Below are positions 28,818 to 39,334 of a stretch of DNA of 64,000 nt, one piece after another; position 1 is the first letter of the stretch, and every line of letters begins with the position of its first letter. A program made the translations under genes and the position numbers. The stretch spans positions 7,808-71,807 of the forward strand of contig JAXGOV010000010.1 in NCBI GenBank assembly GCA_040767305.1, read 5' to 3'. The notes below the pieces were generated by a model, which saw only the letters and a program-made list of their open reading frames with translations, made no database searches and was not told the DNA's origin. Source of the DNA: Candidatus Metalachnospira sp. Lineage in GTDB: Bacteria > Bacillota > Clostridia > Lachnospirales > Anaerotignaceae.

Positions 28818-30141
28818 ATGAGTAAAAGCGAGAATAATTCTATTAATACTGCAGGCAAAACAAAAAAGAAAAGAAATCCGATAGTTTCGTTTTTAAGGAC
28901 GGTTATTATAATAGTAGCTTGTTTTTTAGTAATTTCTTTTGTTGGCGTTTACGCATATACCAAGGCATCATATTCGTCGGAAGACGGCAGTTCATCTTCT
29001 CCCAGCGTTACAGAAGTTTTGGGAAATATGTTAAAGGATGATATTAATACGAATATTCTTGTCTGCGGTGTTGACGGAGCTGAAACGCGAACAGACGTAA
29101 TATTTGTTGTGAACTTTGACAGTGAATCTGGTACTCTTAAATTCCTTTCAATTCCCAGAGACACATATACAGAAATTATTCCTGAAGTAAAAGAACTGGT
29201 TGAGAACGAAGGAAGATTTATACCAAGCGTTTGCAAATTAAATGCTGTACACGCATACGGCGGTGACGAAGGTATGCAGTGCCTTGAATTACAGCTTGAA
29301 GATTTACTTGGTGTAAAGATTGATAATTATGTAAAATTTAATATAAAAGCATTTAAAAGTGTCGTTGATATAATTGATGGCGTTGATATGTATGTTCCAC
29401 AGGATATGTATTATTCTGATCCTGTTCAGAATCTTTATATTAATCTTAAAGAAGGTCAACAGCATCTTGATGGTGATACAGCTGAACAGCTTGTAAGATT
29501 CAGGAAATATACTAACGGAGATTTAGGACGTATAGAAGTTCAGCATCTGTTCCTTTCTGCATTTTTCCAGAAGGTTACCAGCAGTGAAACGCTTGTAAAA
29601 AATGCACCTCAGCTTATTAAAGCGGCATTTGAATATCTTGATACGGATATGTCGGTGGGGGATATGCTCAAATATTCTTCATATATTAGTGATATTAAGT
29701 CAAGTGATTTTCTGATGGAAACAATACCCGGTTATCCTCAGTATATCAATGGCGCCAGCTATTATATCGCTGATGACAATGCAATCTCTGAAACAGTTGA
29801 TGAAATTTTCTACTCTAGCGATGAATATGTTGCATCAAGCAAGCACAAAAGCATTGAAGTTGCAAATCGGCGGAGATATCATTGGTCTTGCATGCCGTGT
29901 ATGGGATTTCCTTGATGATGAGGGCTTTACAGTAAGCAAGATTTCAACTTATAAGGGTGATCAAACAGAATATACCAGAATTGTTGTTAAAGAAAACGGT
30001 CAGGGTGAAGATTTGCTTCAGTATTTTGATAATGCTGTAATAATAGTTGATGATACACTTCTTGGCGGCAACGACGATATTCTTATTATTCTTGGTACTG
30101 AACAGGGTGAAATTACTGCAAATGCAAATACTGCGGAGTAA
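28818..30141 (+). CDS. Second LCP family protein with LytR_C domain (indel near 29870)
   Basis: RTDVIFV, SIPRDT, KLNA, VRFRKY and DLGRI; C-terminal domain continues in the 29749..30141 frame. Confidence 0.85.
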
Positions 30142-30156
30142 ACAGGTGTGTTAATT

Positions 30157-30717
30157 ATGAAAAGCGGACTTGAATATTTGGAAAAGAATCTGTGTGATTC
30201 AATATTTGAAATGATGCTTAAGCTTGAAGAAAGCCATAACAGTAGTATCTGTATATACTATACTCCGGATTTGGCAGCTTATCTTATTGGTACTGATACC
30301 GGTAAGCTCAATGAAAAACTCATGGAGTTTAAGTCTTTTGTTAAAGAGCGTCTTGGAAATATAGATGTTGAAACTGCTTCTGACAATAGATATGGCATAA
30401 GAGTATTTGCTGATGGAATAGACAAAATAATGCAGAGCAATCCAAGAAGATTTTTTCTTAGAAAGCTTATTGATGTTATAAGAAAAAGAGATTGCGGTAT
30501 TGAAAGAATAAAAGAAATTTTTGCTGAGGAGTCCAATGATTTTGTGTGCAAAGAAATTGATAATTCAGAATTTCAGTACGTTGTTTATTTTAAAGACAAA
30601 AATATAGATGAATATAAATACTGCTTTACGTTTGATGTTATGGGCAGCTACTATCATAGGCTTATTGATTATGATTTTGAGCAGCTTATTCATGACAGCT
30701 GTGACCTTAAGCATTAA
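30157..30717 (+). CDS. DUF3877 family protein
   Basis: LEKN..D.I.E..LKL, YY, FL..LI, DEY.YCF and YHR pattern. Confidence 0.7.
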   Translation: MKSGLEYLEKNLCDSIFEMMLKLEESHNSSICIYYTPDLAAYLIGTDTGKLNEKLMEFKSFVKERLGNIDVETASDNRYGIRVFADGIDKIMQSNPRRFFLRKLIDVIRKRDCGIERIKEIFAEESNDFVCKEIDNSEFQYVVYFKDKNIDEYKYCFTFDVMGSYYHRLIDYDFEQLIHDSCDLKH

Positions 30718-30723
30718 TAACAG

Positions 30724-30753
30724 ATTATCCTGCCGATTGGCGGGATAATTTTT
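30724..30753 (+). terminator. Intrinsic terminator
   Basis: ATTATCCTGCC / GGCGGGATAAT stem plus T run. Confidence 0.75.
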
Positions 30754-30887
30754 CGCACTTAAATATAGGAAATTTAATGTAAGAGCGGTATTTATTCTCT
30801 ATGAAATATATTACAAATTTATTAATAATTTAATTCAAAGTTTTTTATATATGGATATTATGTTAATATAAGTATACGGTGGTAAAA

Positions 30888-31400
30888 ATGGGGTATAAAT
30901 CAATTAATAAACGAAAGATGGATATTAAAATGGCATCAGCATTGGCCGTTACAGCTGTTATCGTGTGTGCAACTGGCATATCTCTGTTAATGAATAGTAG
31001 GTCGGGGATGACTTCTGACGGAGATGCCACGGAATTTTTGCATTCTACCATTGAAAATGGCTTTGTAGGCTCAAATGAAAATGTATATGAACAGGTTGAC
31101 AGTTATTACAAAAATCTGAATACAAATTCAGTCTACGATTCTGTCGATTTGACTTGGGGCAAAACTATACGGTTTGCACAGGGAAGCACGGTAATTGTTG
31201 CGGAAGGCCGATTATTAGCTGTATGTAATGAGGGAAATCTCATTGATATTACCGAAGGTAATGTTCTTGCAGAAGGTGAAGCCGCTGAACACAATCATCT
31301 GTATGTAATTCAGGATGATGAATGCGGTTTGTATGCAAGAGGAAATGCTAAAATTTTGATTAAAGGCGGTTATGAAATAAATAATGGCAATGAGGAGTGA
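30888..31400 (+). CDS. Conserved hypothetical exported/membrane-anchored protein
   Basis: N-terminal hydrophobic segment; C-terminal beta-rich domain (D.T.G..L..G....NHLY...KGGYEI); abuts the next gene. Confidence 0.6.
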   Translation: MGYKSINKRKMDIKMASALAVTAVIVCATGISLLMNSRSGMTSDGDATEFLHSTIENGFVGSNENVYEQVDSYYKNLNTNSVYDSVDLTWGKTIRFAQGSTVIVAEGRLLAVCNEGNLIDITEGNVLAEGEAAEHNHLYVIQDDECGLYARGNAKILIKGGYEINNGNEE

Positions 31401-31404
31401 TGTT

Positions 31405-34209
31405 ATGAAGAAGTATTTATCGCTTATGGGCACAGCGGTTTTGATACTTACAATGTCGCTCGGTTTCTCTTCAACAGCATTGGCAGACAATCTGTACAGT
31501 GAAAAAACCGAGGAGATAGTTACAAAGGGAGTTACATATACTTATGAGCACAGACTTGCCACCGACGGTTGGCAGAATATACGTGCACTTAAGATTGATT
31601 TAACTTCGGACAATGTAAAAATTGCGCCGGTTGAGAGTAAAACCGAATACGGGCTTAAAGAAACGGCATTAAAGCTTTTGAACGACAATGGAGCAGTCGC
31701 AGGAGTAAATGCAGACTTCTTCGGAATGAATGGCTCATATTCTGCATCATTTGGTCCGTTCATTGATGACGGTGAGCTTGTTTCTGTCGGAACTGACAAG
31801 AACCTGACTTCAAACGAGTTTGCTTCTTACTTTATGGACGATGAAGGCAATAGTTTTATTGATTATCTCAAGTTTACCGCTGATTTTAAAAATGAAAGCG
31901 GAGCAAAGCTTGAACTTGCATCAATAAATAAAATTACTCAAATGATATACCCGATTTATTTTAATGCTGCTGCGGCTGCTGATACTTCGGATCTTGATGC
32001 ACGTTTCAGCGGGCTAGTAAAATTAGTGGTAGTAAATAACAGAATAACTTACATATCCCAGCCGGGAGAAACAGTTAATTGTCCAACAGCTGATTCAGGG
32101 TATCTTATAATAGTAAAGGACTCCTATGCAAATTATGCGGCAGAGAACTTTAAGGTTGGTGATATTGTTCAGACAGTAATGAATTCTTCAATTGACCTTG
32201 ATTCAATTAAGACGGCTGTCGGAGGCGGCGGAAGAATACTTGTTAACGGTTCTGCTGTATCTGACGGAACAATATTAACAGGCAGGCAGCCAAGAACTGC
32301 ACTTGGTATATCACAGGACGAAAATACACTTATACTTTTAGTCGTTGACGGACGTGGTACAAGCATTGGAGCTACTCAAAGTGAAATGGCCGACCTTATG
32401 AAGGAATATGGAGCATATAATGCAATGCATCTTGACGGCGGCGGTTCAAGCACTATGGTAGTTAAAACGGCTGAAGAAAATTCGCTTTCAGTAAAGAACG
32501 AAGTTTCAGAAGGAACGCCAAGAAAGATAATGACTGCACTTGGTGTATTTAACACTTCAACAAAAGGTGCACTTAATGAACTCAAGCTTGAGACAGCTTC
32601 AGACAGAGCCGTAACAGGCGAGGGTGTTTCACTTAGTGTTACCGGATTTGACAAATATTATAATAAAGTTAATGTTCCGGCAGACCAGATTACTTACAAT
32701 ACAGTCGGTGGAAATGCTTATGTAAGCGGCGGAGTGCTTTATGCAGCAGAACCCGGCATGGTTACTTTAACGGCTACTTACGGCGGATATACCGCAGTAA
32801 ATACTGTTGTTTTTGCTAATGCATCAGCACTTACACCATCAACAAGTATAGTAAGTCTTTCACTCGGTCAGTCCGTTAAATTCTCATTTACGGCAAAGGA
32901 TTCGGATGGTTATACCGAAACGGTTTCAAACGGAATTAATTACACGCTCACGAATAATGCCATTGGAACAATGAGCGGTAATACATTTACTGCAGTAAAC
33001 AATGGCAGCGGATACATAGAATGTGAGAAGAACGGGGTAAAATGTTATATAGCAGTGTCTGTCGGCGGTACGCTTAAAACAGTTGAGTCGCTGGAAGGCT
33101 CACGTGCTGTTTCGTTCAGTTCTTATCCTAATACGATAACAGGCAGTACAGCTTATGTATCAACTGCTTCAGAAGGCAGCAAGTCACTTCAGCTTAAATA
33201 TACATTTGCTTCTTCTTCATCAACACAGGCTGCATATGCTAATTTCTCAAGCCCAATCACTTTTAACGGTGCACCCGATAAAATAACAATGTCTGTAAAA
33301 GGCAACGGAACAGATCAGTGGCTTAGAGGGAAAATAACTGACAGTAAAGGCACTTCATATACAATAGATTTTTCAAAATCACTTAACTGGAGCGGATGGC
33401 AGGATGTAAGTGCATCAATTCCCACCGGAGTATCATATCCAATCAAGCTGGAAACTATTTATGTTGCGTCTTTGTCAAATACAAACACAAATGAGCAAAG
33501 TGTGTCGTTTGATAATATCAGAGCGGTGGTTGCCGACACAAATATTGGCACACCATCAAATACTGTATTTACAGATATTCAAAATGTTGATATAAATAAT
33601 AAGGTTTCAGGTTCATATTATATTACTTTAGCCGGCACTGTGAACAATACAGGTGACAACAAGTCAAGCCAGTATGACAGCGCAAGAACTGCAGTAAGCA
33701 AAGAACTCAGTGTAAACAGTGACCTTATTGTATATGCAGGAGGTTCTGACATATCAACAGATTCATCTGAATCGGTTATTAAATACTCAAATACATATAA
33801 CTTCTATAATTACGGCTATGCTGATTTAAGTATTGTGCAGCTTACAGCTAAAAACGGTGGCTTAAGAAATACACAGGCAAGCCAGTGGCAGAAGTTTTCA
33901 AAAGATATTGCAGCCGCAGGAAATGATAATGTAATATTCATTATGGACTGTACACCAAGCAATTTCTCTGATACACTTGAGACTCAGCTTATGAGAAGTG
34001 CATTAAATAATATTAAGAACAGCGGTAAAAATGTTTATGTCGTATCTGCCAGCGGATATTCGGCATGGAACACAGCAAAGGACGGAATAAGATACATTAA
34101 CCTTCCTAACCTTTGGTATGCAAACGGATCACTCAACAGCAATTTCAGAACTCTGACTGTTAAAGTTGACGGAAACGGTATGTATTACGATATAAATACA
34201 ATATTTTAA
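31405..34209 (+). CDS. Secreted phosphodiester glycosidase (NAGPA/DUF2233) multidomain protein
   Basis: Signal peptide; AGVNADFF, PRTALG, VVDGR and LDGGGSS; followed by Ig-like and CBM-like (NWSGW) segments. Confidence 0.85.
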   Translation: MKKYLSLMGTAVLILTMSLGFSSTALADNLYSEKTEEIVTKGVTYTYEHRLATDGWQNIRALKIDLTSDNVKIAPVESKTEYGLKETALKLLNDNGAVAGVNADFFGMNGSYSASFGPFIDDGELVSVGTDKNLTSNEFASYFMDDEGNSFIDYLKFTADFKNESGAKLELASINKITQMIYPIYFNAAAAADTSDLDARFSGLVKLVVVNNRITYISQPGETVNCPTADSGYLIIVKDSYANYAAENFKVGDIVQTVMNSSIDLDSIKTAVGGGGRILVNGSAVSDGTILTGRQPRTALGISQDENTLILLVVDGRGTSIGATQSEMADLMKEYGAYNAMHLDGGGSSTMVVKTAEENSLSVKNEVSEGTPRKIMTALGVFNTSTKGALNELKLETASDRAVTGEGVSLSVTGFDKYYNKVNVPADQITYNTVGGNAYVSGGVLYAAEPGMVTLTATYGGYTAVNTVVFANASALTPSTSIVSLSLGQSVKFSFTAKDSDGYTETVSNGINYTLTNNAIGTMSGNTFTAVNNGSGYIECEKNGVKCYIAVSVGGTLKTVESLEGSRAVSFSSYPNTITGSTAYVSTASEGSKSLQLKYTFASSSSTQAAYANFSSPITFNGAPDKITMSVKGNGTDQWLRGKITDSKGTSYTIDFSKSLNWSGWQDVSASIPTGVSYPIKLETIYVASLSNTNTNEQSVSFDNIRAVVADTNIGTPSNTVFTDIQNVDINNKVSGSYYITLAGTVNNTGDNKSSQYDSARTAVSKELSVNSDLIVYAGGSDISTDSSESVIKYSNTYNFYNYGYADLSIVQLTAKNGGLRNTQASQWQKFSKDIAAAGNDNVIFIMDCTPSNFSDTLETQLMRSALNNIKNSGKNVYVVSASGYSAWNTAKDGIRYINLPNLWYANGSLNSNFRTLTVKVDGNGMYYDINTIF

Positions 34210-34231
34210 AGAAATTAAGGGGTAAAACAAG

Positions 34232-35799
34232 ATGGCGGATAACAACGAAAGAGCGGTCAGAGCGGCAGGCTCAATGATGATAATAACATTGGTTGGCAAA
34301 ATACTTGGATTGGTTAGGGATATGCTTATGGCAGCTAACTATGGTTCAGGTATGGAGGCAAATGCTTTTCTGACCGCCAGCAGAATACCGAGAGTTTTTT
34401 TCGATGCTATTTTTGCTTCGGCTATATCCGCCAGCTTTATCCCTATTTTTAATGAAAGTCTTGAAAAGAATGGAAAAAAATCAGCCTTTGAATTTACTAA
34501 CAAATTTATTACTCTAATTGGTATTGTCACTGTAATCATGACATTGGCAGGCATGGGATTTGCACCTCAGCTTACAAATTTATTTGCTGACGGATATGAT
34601 GCTGAAACAACATCATTATCCATAAGTCTTCTTAAAATCATGTTCCCGACGGTAATTTTTACCGGAGTTGCTTATTCGTTCGTAGGGGTGCTTCAATCAT
34701 TTGATGAATTCACCATACCGGCGGCACTCAGTATAGTTTCAAACGGAATTATTATAATTTATTATTTGTTTTTCAATAAATCAATGGGCATTTACGGTCT
34801 TTCAGCTGCATTTCTTATTGGCTGGGCAATGCAGGCAATTATGCAGATTCCAAGCCTTATAAAAAAAGGTTATAAATACAGACCGTCATTTGCACTTAAA
34901 AAAGACGAGAATATAAGGAAGGTTCTGGCTCTTATGCTTCCTGTAATGGTAAGCACATGGGTTCAGCCTATTAATATAGCAATTAATACAAGGTTTGCAT
35001 CGCATTTATATGAAGGTGCGGGTGTTTCGGCTATAGAATACGCCAATAATCTTTATACAATTATTGTTGGCGTTTTTGTGCTGTCAGTCGCCAATGTTGT
35101 TTTCCCGAGGCTGTCGAGAATGACAGCAAATAATGATAAAAATGCTTTTTTCAATACTGTAATAACGACAACAAGAATTTTATCCTATATTGTAATTCCA
35201 ATGACTGTCGGCGTAATGTCATTAAGCGGTCCAATAATTTCTCTTATATATGAAAGAGGTGCATTTGATGCATTTTCAACCGGAATTACAACAAGTGCAT
35301 TGTTCTTCTTTTCATTAGGCATGTTCGGTTATGGTCTTCAGGCAATTTTAAGCAGAGCATTTTATGCTGAAAAAGACGGAAAAACTCCGTTTATTGCCGG
35401 TCTTGTTTCAATAGCTGTTAATCTTATTTTATGTAAAGTACTCGTTGAAAGAATGTCGATTTCAGGTTTAGCTCTTGCCTCTGCAATTTCATCTACTGTT
35501 TTTGGTTTAGTACTGTTCATTTCGCTTAAGCACAAACATAAGTCTGCTGATATGAATGGATTTATAATGTCTATCACTAAGATGATAGTATGCGCCCTTG
35601 TAATGGCTCACGCTATTATTCCTGTAAAGAATATTTTATGGAATGACGCGCATCAATGATAATGAAAATAATCACTGTAGGTATCACTGTTATAGTAGGT
35701 ATCGCAGTTTATATAATAATGTCAAAGCTTACAAAGCTGTATGAAGCTGATTTGGTCTTCGGCTATGTCGGCAAGATACTAAAGAAAAATAATAAGTAA
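34232..35799 (+). CDS. murJ: MurJ/MviN family flippase (indel near 35630)
   Basis: KILGLVRD, ASFIP and YERGAF motifs with many TMs; last TM continues in a shifted frame to TAA 35799. Confidence 0.88.
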
Positions 35800-35808
35800 C
35801 GGAGGAAT

Positions 35809-37231
35809 ATGACTGTGCCAGATGTATTAAAAAACAGCTTAATATATAATTGGATAGCTTCAGCGGGAAACTGGTTTTCAAGACAGTTTAAAGACAGCCG
35901 AATAGTCGGCCGATTTTTAAGGGAAGGCAATATGCGGGAAACCTCTGAAAACAGTATCTTTGCTAAAATATTTTATTTTATAGTTAACCTGTTTATAAAA
36001 TTATTTTCGGCTTTAAGGCTTAATAAGCTTTTGGAGGGCAGTATTTTTAAAATGCCGTTTCTGTGGTGTTTTTTAGCTGTGGTCTTTGCACCTGTACTTC
36101 CTACAATGGGAGTTCTTGTGTTTGCAATGGCCGGTTTTTTGAGCCTTGCATTTAAGCTGTTTTGTGAAAAAGATTTTAAGCTGCGATATAATCCGTTAAA
36201 TAAATATATTCTTATATATGCACTTGTTTATATCGCCGCAACATTTACATCGGTGACTGTAAAGGGCAGCCTGAATGGTGCGGTTCTAAGTGTTGCATTT
36301 ATGATGTTCTATTTTGTTGTCATTAATGCAGTTCAGACAAAAAAACAGCTGTATATAATTACTTTTTTCTTTGTCTGCTTTGGAGTTTTAATTTCGTTGT
36401 ACGGTTTTTATCAGTATATGAATCCTTTAAAATTCAGCGGTTCTTGGATTGATACCGAAATGTTCACAGATATTGGTTTCAGAGTATATTCTACGCTTGA
36501 TAATCCAAATGTTCTCGGTGAATATCTGCTGCACAATTCCTCTTGCGGTTTCATTCTTCTTCAGCGTGAAGGGAATTATAAAAAAGGTTTCCTTTGTGAT
36601 AGTGGGCGGCATTCAGATGCTTTGTCTTATTCTCACATACTCAAGGATGCTGGCTTGGAATTCTTTTAGCCGCAATGGTATTTCTTATACTGCTTGACAG
36701 ACGGTTTATATTGCTTGTTGTTTTTGAATTATTCTTATGCCGTTTTTACTCCCGGAAACGATAACAAACAGATTTATGAGTATAGGAAACATGTCTGATT
36801 CATCAACAAGCTACAGATTTTATATATATATGGGTACACTCAGCATGCTTAAAGATTATTGGATTTGCGGAGTTGGTCCAGGTACAGCTGCATTTAATTT
36901 AGTATATCCGTCATATGCGTATGACTCAATTATGGCTCCTCATGCACATAACCTTTATCTGCAGACAATGTGTGATGCGGGTATCAGCGGTATAGTATTG
37001 CTTATAGCAATAATCTACCGAGTATTTAAGAGCTGTGCCATTGGCTTAAAAAATTCGGCTGATAAGAGAGACAAAATATTTATTATAGGTGCAGTATCGT
37101 CACTCTGCGGATTTTTCCTTCAGAGTATGTTTGACTATACATTCTATAATTACAGAGTAATGTTTCTTTTTTGGGCGGTTGTAGGGCTTGCAATGCTTTA
37201 CTCGGATGCAGATAAGCTCAGGGAGGAATAA
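35809..37231 (+). CDS. O-antigen ligase / Wzy-like polymerase family protein (indels at about 36530-36730)
   Basis: RVYSTLDNPNVLGEYL, TYSR, S.SYR, GVGPG and HAHNLYLQ across frames. Confidence 0.82.
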
Positions 37232-37233
37232 AA

Positions 37234-38343
37234 ATGATTAAAGTGCTGAATATCATCAGCGACAGTAATATCGGCGGTGCCGGACGCTGTGTGCTGACGT
37301 TTCTGAAATATTTTGACAGAGCCAATTTTAACTCGGAAGTTGTTGTTCCTACTGGGAGTTTATTGATACCAGAGATTAATAAACTAGGTATAAAAACTAT
37401 TGAAGCAGACTCAATTGCTGAAAAGTCGTTTAGTATAGATGCAATTAAGGAGCTAAAGAAAATAATAAAAGCTTCCGGCTGTGACATAGTCCATACACAC
37501 GGAAATATGAGCGGAAGAATAGCCGGAAAGCAATGTGGTAAAAAGGTTGTTTACACAAGGCATTCTGTTTTTCCGGTCAGCCCTAAGATTAGTAAGGGTA
37601 TAGGAAAGAAAATAAACGGCATGGTAAATATGTACTATGCCGATGATATAATTGCTGTTGCCGAGGCGGCTAAAGAAAACCTTACCGACAGCGGAATTGC
37701 CCCAGAAAGGGTAAAAGTAATTTTAAACGGTGTCGAGCCTCAAAAGCGTGCTTCGGATGAAACAATATTTGAATCAAGAAAAAAATACGGCATTGAAAAC
37801 GATGATTTTGTTGTCGGTATAATGGCTCGTATCGAAGAAGTTAAGGGACATATCTATCTGATAGAAGCAGCAGAGAAAATTACGGCACAGGGCAAAAAAA
37901 TAAAAGTACTTATTATCGGAACAGGTGCTCTTGAGGAAAGTCTGAAAAAGACTGTAAAAAATAAAGGTCTTGAAAACACAGTTATATTTACAGGTTTTAT
38001 TAAAAATGTAAATGAGGTTTTGAGCATTCTGGATGTTCAGGCAAATGCGTCCTTTGGCACGGAGGCAACAAGTCTTTCGCTTCTTGAAGGCATGAGCCTT
38101 GGGATACCTGCTGTAGTAAGTAATTACGGCGGCAATCCCGGCGTTATTGCACATGGTGAAAATGGTTATATATTTAAGCTTAAGGATAGCGAGGACATGG
38201 CGAAATATATTATGAAGCTTATGGACGAACCTGAAACATATAAATATATGCAGAATAAATCAATTGAAATTTTCAATAGTAAATTCACCGCAGAGATATA
38301 TGCAAGAAACATAGAAAAAGTTTACACAGAACTAATGAGATGA
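37234..38343 (+). CDS. Glycosyltransferase family 4
   Basis: GGA, IVHTH, ARIEEVKG and E-x7-E (EATSLSLLE). Confidence 0.9.
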   Translation: MIKVLNIISDSNIGGAGRCVLTFLKYFDRANFNSEVVVPTGSLLIPEINKLGIKTIEADSIAEKSFSIDAIKELKKIIKASGCDIVHTHGNMSGRIAGKQCGKKVVYTRHSVFPVSPKISKGIGKKINGMVNMYYADDIIAVAEAAKENLTDSGIAPERVKVILNGVEPQKRASDETIFESRKKYGIENDDFVVGIMARIEEVKGHIYLIEAAEKITAQGKKIKVLIIGTGALEESLKKTVKNKGLENTVIFTGFIKNVNEVLSILDVQANASFGTEATSLSLLEGMSLGIPAVVSNYGGNPGVIAHGENGYIFKLKDSEDMAKYIMKLMDEPETYKYMQNKSIEIFNSKFTAEIYARNIEKVYTELMR

Positions 38344-38353
38344 GGAGCGCAAA

Positions 38354-38824
38354 ATGGACGAGAGTAAAAAGAAATTCAGGATTAATTTTTTTGATATAGT
38401 CATCATCGCAATTGTAGCCTGTATCGGTATAGGTCTTTATGTTTTTACCCATAGAGATACAGCATTAGAAACAAAGCAGATTACTTATAAGATTGAGCTT
38501 AACGGTGTTGTTAAGGGCCTTGCTGATTATATTCATGAAGGCGACGTGCTCTATGAAAACACAAAAAATTATAAAATGGGCAGCGTTGTGTCCGTTGAAA
38601 CTGTTCCTTACAGTACAATAATACCTGATTATGAAAACAATGAATATAAAGACTCAGTCGATCCCACTTGTGAAAGTGTAATAATAACACTTAATGCCGA
38701 TGTTACAGAGACAGACAGTGCCTATGCAGTTGACGGACAGTTTATAGTTCGTGCCGGAACCGATATATTTGTAAAAGGTCCAGGATATGCCGGCGAAGGA
38801 TATGTCATCGAGATTGAGCGATAA
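38354..38824 (+). CDS. DUF4330 family protein
   Basis: N-terminal N.FD + TM anchor, I..GD and G.V..V beta-rich pattern. Confidence 0.7.
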   Translation: MDESKKKFRINFFDIVIIAIVACIGIGLYVFTHRDTALETKQITYKIELNGVVKGLADYIHEGDVLYENTKNYKMGSVVSVETVPYSTIIPDYENNEYKDSVDPTCESVIITLNADVTETDSAYAVDGQFIVRAGTDIFVKGPGYAGEGYVIEIER

Positions 38825-38838
38825 GGGGGCGGACATAA

Positions 38839-39312
38839 ATGGCAAATAAAAAAGGTAAATTTAACATTATAGATTTTATAGTAGTAATAATCATAGTTGT
38901 AATTATTGCCGGAGCTGTATATAAATTTTCCGGGCTTGATAAGACAACAAAAAAGGCTTCTATCGAAACAGTAACATATCAGATGGAGATTGAAGCTTTA
39001 CGAGATTTCTCATTTAATAATATTGCGGTCGGAGATACGGTATTTGATTATACGTCCGGCAATGCAATCGGAACAATTACCGATATTGAATGGCTTGATG
39101 CGAAGAAGCCTTTTTATACAACAAGCGGAGAAACAATTGATTCACCTGTTGAAAACAGATATGATGTAATCCTTACAGTAGAAGCTCAGGCATCTATTAG
39201 TGACGGAGTATATTCAGTTAATAAAACATATGAACTTTGTGCTAACTCAAAAAGAGAAATATATACCAAATACGTTTCCTGTACTGCAAAGATCATAAAT
39301 ATTAATAAATAA
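38839..39312 (+). CDS. DUF4330 family protein (paralog)
   Basis: KFNIID + TM, IAVGD, GTI.DI and YDVILTVE. Confidence 0.72.
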   Translation: MANKKGKFNIIDFIVVIIIVVIIAGAVYKFSGLDKTTKKASIETVTYQMEIEALRDFSFNNIAVGDTVFDYTSGNAIGTITDIEWLDAKKPFYTTSGETIDSPVENRYDVILTVEAQASISDGVYSVNKTYELCANSKREIYTKYVSCTAKIININK

Positions 39313-39334
39313 GAGTCTGTCGGGAGGAGTACAG

